Shown here: piece after piece, positions 17,781-25,269 of the stretch
Layout: every line of letters starts with the position of its first letter
Numbering within the stretch: position 1 is the stretch's first letter
Assembly (NCBI GenBank): GCA_038065435.1
Contig: JBBTQZ010000029.1
Coordinates: 1 to 28,770, forward strand
DNA: 28,770 bases
DNA from: Patescibacteria group bacterium
Lineage (GTDB): Bacteria > Patescibacteriota > Minisyncoccia > Phycocordibacterales > WO2-35-19
Reading direction: 5' to 3'
Made by a program: the position numbers and the translations under genes
Notes under the pieces: model-generated
What the model saw: the letters and a program-made list of their open reading frames with translations, nothing else
The model's database searches: none
What the model was told of the DNA's origin: nothing

Positions 17781-18704
17781 TTATCGGGAGGCATCGAATC
17801 CGGCAAAATTGCTGTCCGGATCGGTGGGATCAAATACCACTCCCTGAACAGTGATCCCGCCACCATCGGCAGTGACCGAAGCGTAGACGGGTCGAGAGCC
17901 GTCAAGCGAATTATTGGGCAACTCCACTACGATCCTCGATCCAATTTGGCGAAATTCCACCTTGAGGACTTCCATCCTCCCAACTTGCAACTGGTATAAA
18001 AATCCAGTGGCATATCCTAGAGTCCCTCCAAAATACAATTTTCCCTCATATGCTTGACGGGATGCCTTGATATGGGGGGTTTTTGCCTCCGGATCAAATC
18101 GGGGCGCGAAACTCAAGCTAACCTGTTGGTTCTCACTCGTACTACCAACCACAAAGTGGAGAGAGTCAAGATAAAACCATGGTCCAGGTTCGGTGCCGTT
18201 CACCAAGAGCAGGCGGTAACGTCCGTCCAACAAGTTAGAATATTGAGCAACCTGTTGACGGATGTTCTGACCGACTCCGAGACGAAACGGCTCGCCGGAC
18301 AGGGTGAGCCACTCGGTATCATCACTGCGAAGCGAATCCGGTTCCCAACGCTGAAGTGTGAGCCAAAGTGGGTTGTTCATACCACTTGCATCAAAGCTGA
18401 CAGGGCCGGGACAATTTGCCGTTCGAGTTGATACAGCGGAAACTGAGACAAGTGAGCCACTCGCGAAAAGATGATTATCTATCATCGCGAGAACACATTG
18501 TTCAGATCCGACGACGAGTTTGGCCAAGTTTGGTCCAGCCCCTTCTCCTGCCATCCCAATGTTGGCAAGAACGAAAATCAGAAACAAACGATTCATCGGT
18601 TTTACCCCTTTTTTGCTAACACACCCTCCCTCATTGGCGCGCGACATGAAAATGCAGGCGCTAAGAATTCCTAAAACAAGCAATACTAAGATTAGGAATA
18701 GCAT
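17781..18704 (-). CDS. Hypothetical secreted/membrane-anchored beta-rich protein, about 307 aa
   Basis: GAAAGGAGG SD upstream of ATG 18704; two hydrophobic N-terminal segments; no family recognised. Confidence 0.75.
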   Translation of the reverse strand: MLFLILVLLVLGILSACIFMSRANEGGCVSKKGVKPMNRLFLIFVLANIGMAGEGAGPNLAKLVVGSEQCVLAMIDNHLFASGSLVSVSAVSTRTANCPGPVSFDASGMNNPLWLTLQRWEPDSLRSDDTEWLTLSGEPFRLGVGQNIRQQVAQYSNLLDGRYRLLLVNGTEPGPWFYLDSLHFVVGSTSENQQVSLSFAPRFDPEAKTPHIKASRQAYEGKLYFGGTLGYATGFLYQLQVGRMEVLKVEFRQIGSRIVVELPNNSLDGSRPVYASVTADGGGITVQGVVFDPTDPDSNFAGFDASR

Positions 18705-18779
18705 CCTAATACCTCCTTTCAAGTTACAACCTTTGCAGGTTTCTGATATTAAGAATACAGATTAAACAAAAAATGTCAA

Positions 18780-18932
18780 GGAATTGAGGTTTTGTATTGT
18801 GGTTTGGCTCCAAATTTCTCGGGCCTGAACCAAATCGTAGTAAGGGTACCGCCAGGGACAGTCCCCGGTCCCAACTACCTCTGGATCGGAGAAGAACCAA
18901 CTTCTCCCATCTACACTCTCTGGACCAAGTAG
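18780..18932 (+). pseudogene. Orphan 3' fragment of a TIGR03437-like (Solibacter/Bryobacter-type) gene, copy A
   Basis: GIEVLYCGLAPNFSGLNQIVVRVPPGTVPGPNYLWIGEEPTSPIYTLWTK*; resembles the VLYAGLAPGFxGLYQINVRVP motif; in-frame stop at 18750 and no plausible start. Confidence 0.75.
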
Positions 18933-18948
18933 GATCTCCCACTTGCCC

Positions 18949-18981
18949 AAGCGGTCGCACCAACCAGTGCGACCGCTTTTT
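18949..18981 (+). terminator. Intrinsic terminator after fragment A
   Basis: 12-bp stem AAGCGGTCGCAC/GTGCGACCGCTT, loop CAACCA, T-tract. Confidence 0.88.
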
Positions 18982-18985
18982 CTTG

Positions 18986-19014
18986 TTGACAAAATAAGCA
19001 AAAAGATGTAAGCT
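18986..19014 (+). promoter_or_regulatory. sigma70-type promoter of the tyrS-like operon
   Basis: TTGACA, 17-nt spacer, TAAGCT; AAGGAGG SD before ATG 19079. Confidence 0.6.
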
Positions 19015-19078
19015 GGCACATTAACAGGAAATGGTTTTCTGTTAGAAACAGCACATTAACAACAGAAGGAGGTAAGTC

Positions 19079-20338
19079 ATGAAGAGGTTTGATCAGCAAT
19101 TCCTTGCCCGTGATTCGGAATCGTGGGTCGGAATGGAAGTCAACGAACTTGTCGGCTTCCTGTTGCCGAAATGCCAAGAGGTCATCACGACTGATCGGTT
19201 GCGGCAAAAGATATCCGAACATCCAACGCTAAAGGTGAAATTTGGAATTGATCCAACAGCGTCGGAAATCCACATCGGCCATGTGGTGCCAATCATGCTT
19301 TTGCGTCAGTTTGCAAAAGCTGGTCATCACATCGACTTTATCATTGGAGATTTCACCGCTCGGGTCGGCGATCCCACCGCGAGGAACACCGGTAGGGTTC
19401 CGTTGAGTCCGGAACAAATTGTGAAGAATATGGAAACATACACCAGCCAGATCGGGAAGTACATCGATTTGCGTATGCTTCACATTCACTACAACGCCAA
19501 ATGGTTAAATCCGATGACCTTGCAAGAAATTTTCGCTATCTTCCAACAAATTAATCTGTCGGAAGCCATGCAGCGTGAAGATTTTAGAGCGAGGATACGC
19601 AACGAGCAAGCGGTGTCGCTCGCAGAAGTCTGTTACGGAGTCTTGATGGGTATAGATTCGGCTCATCTCGGAACTCATGTCGAGATCGGTGGTATAGATC
19701 AATTGCTGAATTTTCAGCAATGCCGTAAGATCATGCGTCAGTCTGGTATGGACGAAGAGGTGATTCTGATGACGCCCATCTTGGAAGGAACGGGTGGTGA
19801 TGGGAAAAAGATGAGTAAGAGTTACGGCAATTATGTTGCCGTCAACGCGACTCATGAGGACAAATTCGGAAAGATTATGTCCATTCCCGATCGGCTAATC
19901 GGTCAGTACTTCCGGTGTTTCGCCGATGTTCACCAGCGAGAGTTGGGGGAACTTGACGCGTTCATCGGGGAGAATCCGATGGAAGCCAAGAAGCAACTCG
20001 CCACTCTCATTGTTGCTGTTGAAACGCAACACATTGAGAATGGCTTGGGAGAACGCGAATCCTTTGAGCGAAAATTCTCTCAAAAGAATATTCGCAACGA
20101 GGATTGCATTGAATTGACTGAAAACGCAACCACCACGATCTTGGATGCTCTAGTGAAAAGCAGTCAATTCAAGAGTAAAAGCGAACTTCGCCGACTATTC
20201 GAACAGCAAGGCGTACAAGCCATGAACGAAGACGGAGAGGTTGCGCTCTCTCCTGAAATCGTCGTTAGCCAAGTGCGCGGCGTTGTGCGAGTCGGCAAAC
20301 GCCGTTTCTTCAAGTTCGTTGTTTCGAAAGGAGATTGA
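19079..20338 (+). CDS. tyrS: Tyrosine--tRNA ligase paralogue, atypical
   Basis: KFGIDPT..HIGH, IGDFTA..GDP, GGIDQ, KMSKS, C-terminal S4-like domain (SKSELRRLFEQQGV...VGKRRF). Confidence 0.88.
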   Translation: MKRFDQQFLARDSESWVGMEVNELVGFLLPKCQEVITTDRLRQKISEHPTLKVKFGIDPTASEIHIGHVVPIMLLRQFAKAGHHIDFIIGDFTARVGDPTARNTGRVPLSPEQIVKNMETYTSQIGKYIDLRMLHIHYNAKWLNPMTLQEIFAIFQQINLSEAMQREDFRARIRNEQAVSLAEVCYGVLMGIDSAHLGTHVEIGGIDQLLNFQQCRKIMRQSGMDEEVILMTPILEGTGGDGKKMSKSYGNYVAVNATHEDKFGKIMSIPDRLIGQYFRCFADVHQRELGELDAFIGENPMEAKKQLATLIVAVETQHIENGLGERESFERKFSQKNIRNEDCIELTENATTTILDALVKSSQFKSKSELRRLFEQQGVQAMNEDGEVALSPEIVVSQVRGVVRVGKRRFFKFVVSKGD

Positions 20339-20973
20339 AGATGATACCAATAATCTCCGAGCTCAAACAACGCGGGCTAGTAACAAATGTTTTAGGTTCT
20401 ATCCCGCCAAAAATACGACCCGCGCTTGCCGTATGGGCGAGAAAAGAACCGAAGGACTCATTTTTCGCGTTTGTCGCTCTTTCAAAAGCCATAACAAACG
20501 AACCGCTTGCGGTGTTCGTTGATGATCTGTGTTCGCAGCTCGTTATGGAACGAACCCAAAACGAACAGGCGAAAATGAACGGGCGATATCGTGAGTTTTT
20601 CAAAGCTGCAGGTTGCATAGTAAAGTTCAGTAGTGAAATATATGCTAACGAGTTCTCTGCTGACGTTTTCCCATTTCTTATTGGATTGGGACGACATGTG
20701 CCTGTTAGTGAATTCAAACGCTGTCTCCCAGAAGATAAGAGACGAGATTTCAACAAGTTGACGCTTGATGAAATTCTGCACTTATTGCTGGAGCTTTCAC
20801 TGCTTGAACGGGTCGCAAAGGAGTGCAACCTTCTGCTGGTAGGCCACTTCAGCCAAGCAATTGTGGTATGCCATCGAAAAACTTCTCAAAATCCAATCTC
20901 GGCGATAGCGATCCCAAGATTGAATAGTAGAGAAGAAGTTGATGATTACAAGCAAAAAATCGCAATAACCTAA
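20335..20973 (+). CDS. Degenerate TyrRS catalytic-domain homologue, 212 aa, lacking HIGH and KMSKS
   Basis: IISELKQRGLV ~ TyrRS LLAELQWRGLV; FLIGLGRH ~ FLRDVGKH; ECNLLLVGHFSQ ~ EGCRLQIGGSDQ; 4-nt overlap with the tyrS stop. Confidence 0.65.
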   Translation: MKMIPIISELKQRGLVTNVLGSIPPKIRPALAVWARKEPKDSFFAFVALSKAITNEPLAVFVDDLCSQLVMERTQNEQAKMNGRYREFFKAAGCIVKFSSEIYANEFSADVFPFLIGLGRHVPVSEFKRCLPEDKRRDFNKLTLDEILHLLLELSLLERVAKECNLLLVGHFSQAIVVCHRKTSQNPISAIAIPRLNSREEVDDYKQKIAIT

Positions 20974-21809
20974 GGGGCATTTTCCATGAAAGAATCTGCC
21001 CCTTTTTCTTCTCCAAAAATCTTTGTGGCAGACAACGGAAATCGTTCATAAAAATATCGCAAAATTTTAAATTGGTTATCTGTGCAATTCTTCTTACAAT
21101 ATTTTTTGAAGTAAAAATAAAATTTTTTTAAATACTGATCTCGTTTTTCTAATTTAAGATTATCAATTAAAAATCCTCCTATTAAAAAACAGCTGTGTAT
21201 ATCTGTAAGAACAAAATCTTTTTTCATAAATGGATCAGCTGACCAATGCCATAAAAAACCAGCATTTTCTAACTTCTCTTCAAAAACAGAAGTGTAATGA
21301 TTTCCTTTTAAACCATAAAACATATCTTCTGATTTAATTTTCTTAAGAGAGTTGATTCGAAAAACCTTGAAACTATTTTTGTTTAGTCGTAGGACTTTTT
21401 TCACGCTGGCACCACACATTATTTTCAAACTTATCTTGAATTTGTTATCAGGAAAAGGGATACATGAAATATCAAAAAAATTCAAACGACTAAATCCTCT
21501 TATGATTTCTTTCTCATAAGACGAGGGGGTGAATAATTTTTTTGACAGCGTATCAGCAACAATCCAAAGATCAATATCACTTTTGTCTCCTGTTTTACGA
21601 AATTCTTCTAATGAACCAGAGCGCAAACATACAGCGAGTGATCCTGTAAGAAATAAAGAATATTGTTTTTTAAAAAGAGAGTCGCACGATAGCGCGATGG
21701 CTCTAATTGTTTTTGTCAATGGCTTTGATAATTGCGCAACATTCTCTAAATTAATGAGATTGTCTGTATTTTCCAAATTTTTCAGAGGGTCATTTTTAAT
21801 TATGCCCAT
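20970..21809 (-). CDS. Pol-beta superfamily nucleotidyltransferase
   Basis: LFLTGSLA...KSDIDLWIV (hGS...DhDh) motif. Confidence 0.7.
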   Translation of the reverse strand: MGIIKNDPLKNLENTDNLINLENVAQLSKPLTKTIRAIALSCDSLFKKQYSLFLTGSLAVCLRSGSLEEFRKTGDKSDIDLWIVADTLSKKLFTPSSYEKEIIRGFSRLNFFDISCIPFPDNKFKISLKIMCGASVKKVLRLNKNSFKVFRINSLKKIKSEDMFYGLKGNHYTSVFEEKLENAGFLWHWSADPFMKKDFVLTDIHSCFLIGGFLIDNLKLEKRDQYLKKFYFYFKKYCKKNCTDNQFKILRYFYERFPLSATKIFGEEKGADSFMENAP

Positions 21810-22846
21810 ATTTTTGATACTAAATTATAGGCTTCACCGTCTTCCATTGGGTAGGGAGCAGATTTCATGTAATAAGCACACGCCCCTTTTATAACTCCGC
21901 CATGCTTCTTATCCTTCTCGGCTTTTGCGATTCGTATTAAATCAATAATTGAACCAGCGCTGTTTGGTTTATCGTCACTCTCAAGCTGAATTGAAATTTT
22001 TACTTTTGAGCCAGCAAACACTTCTGCTTCCATGTCAAACAAGGCTTTTTTAAACGCTCCTTTTGTCGGATCATAATGGTGACCGATATGATTCGGCACT
22101 CCTTCGGATATGAATAAACTTAAGGACTTATATTTAGATATAAGTTTAGTCTGTGCTCGATATATAAAATTTGCAAAATCCGTATTCCCTCCTATATTTA
22201 TCTGTGAGGACTTAATAATTTTCGCACCCCTATCTTTTAGCATGTTGAGAACCGACCGATGGAGCATTGTTGAACCAACCTGACTTTTAATATCATCACC
22301 AATCAATGGAAGTTTTTGCTTCTCAAATTGTTGTGCAATATCGGATTTTTGAGCAAATATAGTTGGTATACAGTTTACAAACGCACATTTAGCTTTTAGT
22401 GCCGATAAACCATAAAATTCTGTCGCCTCGATTGAACCAGTCGGAAGAAGATTTATTAAAATATCAACTTTATACTTTTTTAAAACATTGGGAACATCAA
22501 CTACTTTTTCTTTAGATTCCTTAACAAATTTTTGTAAATGTTCCGGGTTACCATCAAGCGTAGGTCCGCGCAAAACAGGGGCTTTATTCAATACTTTCAA
22601 ATTAGCTATACGATAAAAATTGTTTGGAGACTCGTAAATAGCTTCATCGATAGTTTTACCTACTTTTCTATCTGAAATATCAAACGCTACTACTATTTCT
22701 ATATCATTTAACGAATATTCGCCTAGTATAGGAAACAATAATCCCTCCGTTGTTTTGCCTTGTTGATAATAAGTAAGACCTTCAATTAAGCTACCCGCAC
22801 AATTACCAAGACCAACAATTGCGACATTAATTTTTCTTTGTTTCAT
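21800..22846 (-). CDS. ino1: myo-inositol-1-phosphate synthase (bacterial/archaeal type)
   Basis: VAIVGLGNCA, GDDIKSQVG, NIGGNTDF, DKPNSAG, YMKS. Confidence 0.9.
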   Translation of the reverse strand: MKQRKINVAIVGLGNCAGSLIEGLTYYQQGKTTEGLLFPILGEYSLNDIEIVVAFDISDRKVGKTIDEAIYESPNNFYRIANLKVLNKAPVLRGPTLDGNPEHLQKFVKESKEKVVDVPNVLKKYKVDILINLLPTGSIEATEFYGLSALKAKCAFVNCIPTIFAQKSDIAQQFEKQKLPLIGDDIKSQVGSTMLHRSVLNMLKDRGAKIIKSSQINIGGNTDFANFIYRAQTKLISKYKSLSLFISEGVPNHIGHHYDPTKGAFKKALFDMEAEVFAGSKVKISIQLESDDKPNSAGSIIDLIRIAKAEKDKKHGGVIKGACAYYMKSAPYPMEDGEAYNLVSKIWA

Positions 22847-23598
22847 ATAACCTCTTTAATTAGTTTATTAAATTGTTTCCACTCAATTTTGCTTGAGTGT
22901 CCTCCATCGATAATATGCCGTTTCGAATTTTGATGTTCATCTTCAAGAGCTTTAGACATAGCGACAGGAGTTACTTTATCTGCCTTACCACAAAAAATCG
23001 TGTGTTTGATATTTTGATTTATAAATTTTTTATCCATATCAGGAATAATAATTTTCCCTTTTATTTGACTAAAAAACTTCTTTTTGTTCTTAAATCGATA
23101 AGAAAAAGGATATGCAAAAGACATAATTTCTGATGTCTCGTCGGCAATTTGCAAGTTGGATTCATCAACTTTATAAGCAATCATACCCCAAAGTGGAGAT
23201 ATAAAAATAGATTTATTGATTTTAGGAAAAATAAATTTTTTTAATGATAAGCCGGCAATCAATCCACCAAAACTCGTGGCGAAAATAATTATTTCTTTAT
23301 GTTTTACTTTTTCTGTTTTATGCGGGCCGTATTGGATAATTCTTTCATTTAAAAATTGATACCAAAATTTTACATCCTGAACAGCGTTTTCTATAGAAAA
23401 TTTCCCATGGCTATCGAATGTGCCACTATACATTAAAGTCAAAACATTATATTGCTCTTTATTTAAAAAATCTATAAATTCGGAACGTCCAGGATATTTG
23501 GGAAATCCTGGCAAAAACAAAATAGTGCCTTTTATCTCTTTCGTTGTGTTGGCCGGATACCAAATCGCCCTTTTGTTTTCTTTCAATTGTGTAAACAT
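22843..23598 (-). CDS. Alpha/beta hydrolase
   Basis: LFLPGFP oxyanion loop, ATSFGG nucleophile elbow, GKAD.VTP Asp, GGHS His. Confidence 0.85.
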   Translation of the reverse strand: MFTQLKENKRAIWYPANTTKEIKGTILFLPGFPKYPGRSEFIDFLNKEQYNVLTLMYSGTFDSHGKFSIENAVQDVKFWYQFLNERIIQYGPHKTEKVKHKEIIIFATSFGGLIAGLSLKKFIFPKINKSIFISPLWGMIAYKVDESNLQIADETSEIMSFAYPFSYRFKNKKKFFSQIKGKIIIPDMDKKFINQNIKHTIFCGKADKVTPVAMSKALEDEHQNSKRHIIDGGHSSKIEWKQFNKLIKEVI

Positions 23599-23599
23599 A

Positions 23600-23779
23600 T
23601 TATTTTTTATTTTGTAATAATTTTAAAATTTCCTCTTTTACAAAAAATTTCTTTCCTTTTGGATTAAGTCGACGAGATTTTATAAGACCTTGTTTTTCCC
23701 AGCGATAAATAGTAATGGCTCTAACATTAAAAAATTTAGCTATTTCATTTGTGGTTAGATAGGGGTTGTTATTTTCCAT
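23600..23779 (-). CDS. Small MerR/excisionase-like HTH protein, 59 aa
   Basis: YLTTNEIAKFFNVRAITIYRWEKQGLIKSRR; start placed at ATG 23779 (the track extends it to 23842). Confidence 0.85.
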   Translation of the reverse strand: MENNNPYLTTNEIAKFFNVRAITIYRWEKQGLIKSRRLNPKGKKFFVKEEILKLLQNKK

Positions 23780-23930
23780 ACATTTGGTATCATTTAATAA
23801 CATTGATATACTTATAATAACATGGCTATAAATCTTATGCAATATGTTTTAGCGTAACCCTCACGCTCCCCCAACCTTCTTGTTTCAAGCCATTTTTTAC
23901 GGAGCCAATTTTAAATACTTCTGGAACCAG

Positions 23931-24047
23931 TTTTCAGGATTGTATCAAGTGAACGTACGCGTTCCGCTTGGCACCCTTCCATGAAATAACTACCTCTGGA
24001 TCGGCGAAGATCCTATCTCTCCCGTCTACACTCTCTGGACCAAATAA
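23931..24047 (+). pseudogene. Orphan 3' fragment of a TIGR03437-like gene, copy B, with an internal TGA
   Basis: FSGLYQVNVRVPLGTLP*NNYLWIGEDPISPVYTLWTK*; 83/117 nt identical to 18816-18932 by hand count. Confidence 0.82.
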
Positions 24048-24072
24048 CTGTGAAGGGTCACCCTCCCCCAAC
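24042..24072 (+). repeat. AAATAACTG-N3-AGGGTCACCCTCC-YCCAAC repeat, copy 1
   Basis: 27/31 nt identical to 26127-26157; palindromic core AGGGT-C-ACCCT. Confidence 0.85.
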
Positions 24073-24073
24073 C

Positions 24074-24120
24074 AAAAAGCCATTAGACCCGTCAACCAAC
24101 GGATCACCTAGTGGCTTTTT
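24074..24120. terminator. Intrinsic terminator after fragment B
   Basis: AAAAAGCCATTAG...CTAGTGGCTTTTT outer stem; inner CCGT-CAACCA-ACGG. Confidence 0.8.
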
Positions 24121-24131
24121 TCTTTACCCCT

Positions 24132-24150
24132 GGGGAGGGTCACCCTCCCC
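24132..24150. repeat. Palindrome GGGGAGGGT-C-ACCCTCCCC (core-only copy)
   Basis: Perfect 9-bp arms around one C, upstream of the ATP-grasp gene. Confidence 0.85.
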
Positions 24151-24212
24151 CACAATGATTGATTCTTTTGCATTATTAATGTATCTTGCCAACAGATAAG
24201 GAGTCTTTGAAA

Positions 24213-25202
24213 ATGAAAAATGTATTGTTTGTCGCTGGACTAGCAGAGCGATATTATTACGAGCCCTTCATTGTGGCTTGTGAGAACAGGGTGAATGTGT
24301 TCGTGTTCGACCCCACCATTATACCGCGTAATGGTGCTCTGAGTATTTATTTGAGCACGGACGGAAACCTAAGTGGTTTTATTGATACCTTCAGACTCAA
24401 CGGAGAAAACACAGAAAATGTCCGCTTGTCTCTTTGTGATATTCAAACTGCATGGTATCTGCGGGAAAACATCCAGCACCAAAACCAGAAACATAATTCT
24501 TTGGAAAGACGCTTTGCAGATAATGAATCCTATGGAGCGGTGCGTTCTCTCCTTTCCGCTCTTGATTGTAAGTGGATTAACAAAAAGGAAACTGTGGAAT
24601 TCCTTTCCAGCAACAAACTTTACCAACAAAAAGTTGCATTGGAAGCCGGACTCGTCGTACCCCCAACATTAGTAAGCAATAGCCCAGAAGATGTTGTTAA
24701 TTTTTCGAAACATTGCAACGGTCTGTTACTCAAAACCATCGGTTATATAAAACTGGACGACGATGGGAAATATTTTTTGTACTCCAACCGCTTCACTCAC
24801 ACAGAAATCCAAACAAGTGACCGAGCCATACACAACGCTCCAGTATTTGCTCAAAAGTACATCGAGAAACTTTATGAACATCGGGTTATGGTTATCGGTA
24901 ACCGAGTTTTGTCTTGTAGGATCAACTCGCAGGCCAGCCAAGTTTCAAGAATAGATTGGCGACATTACGACTTCGAAAAAGTGGCTCATGACTACGTGGT
25001 ATTGCCTGAGGATATACAACACAAACTACTCTGCTTCATGTCGAAGATTGGTCTCCGTTATGGAGCCATTGATCTCATAGAAACCCCGTCAGGAGAATTT
25101 GTGTTCCTAGAGATCAATCCTTCTGGCCAATGGGGCTGGATACACGATCTGGCTGGTCTCCCCATACCAGAAGCCGTAGCCGAAATGCTCGAGTCTATTT
25201 GA
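24213..25202 (+). CDS. ATP-grasp RiPP maturase (MvdC/MvdD-like graspetide synthetase)
   Basis: FADNES..WIN, SNKLYQQKVA..GL.VP.TLVSN, PVFAQKYIEK..RVMVIG, IDWR, GLRYGAIDLI.TP.GEFVFLEINPSGQW.W; AAGGAG SD before ATG 24213. Confidence 0.9.
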   Translation: MKNVLFVAGLAERYYYEPFIVACENRVNVFVFDPTIIPRNGALSIYLSTDGNLSGFIDTFRLNGENTENVRLSLCDIQTAWYLRENIQHQNQKHNSLERRFADNESYGAVRSLLSALDCKWINKKETVEFLSSNKLYQQKVALEAGLVVPPTLVSNSPEDVVNFSKHCNGLLLKTIGYIKLDDDGKYFLYSNRFTHTEIQTSDRAIHNAPVFAQKYIEKLYEHRVMVIGNRVLSCRINSQASQVSRIDWRHYDFEKVAHDYVVLPEDIQHKLLCFMSKIGLRYGAIDLIETPSGEFVFLEINPSGQWGWIHDLAGLPIPEAVAEMLESI

Positions 25203-25231
25203 AACACGTCGATGCTCATTGATGCTCGTTT

Positions 25232-25266
25232 GAAAAGCCAAAGTTTGCAAGAACGGCGGCTTTTTT
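25232..25266. terminator. Probable bidirectional terminator between convergent genes
   Basis: GAAAAGCC...GGCTTTTTTC imperfect hairpin. Confidence 0.6.
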
Positions 25267-25269
25267 CTT

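Noticed and set aside
18705-18722. Track start for the 313-aa ORF
   Set aside because: The extra six codons contain the GAAAGGAGG SD itself; the ATG at 18704 is correctly spaced from it.
19015-19078. T-box riboswitch upstream of the tyrS-like gene
   Set aside because: The leader is only about 60 nt and has no T-box consensus or terminator.
23600-23779. Excisionase-like HTH as evidence of a prophage or ICE
   Set aside because: No integrase, capsid, terminase or conjugation genes; better read as the operon regulator.
23982-23984. In-frame TGA aligned to Gly in fragment B, suggesting genetic code 25 (TGA=Gly)
   Set aside because: aspS, the NTase, mraY, the tyrS-like gene and the ATP-grasp gene all end at TGA at their expected C-termini; a GGA-to-TGA nonsense change in a remnant is simpler.
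24213-25202. ATP-grasp protein as RimK or D-Ala-D-Ala ligase
   Set aside because: The IDWR and FLEINPSGQW motifs, the FAxxES segment and the adjacent Thr/acid-rich small ORF fit RiPP maturases better.
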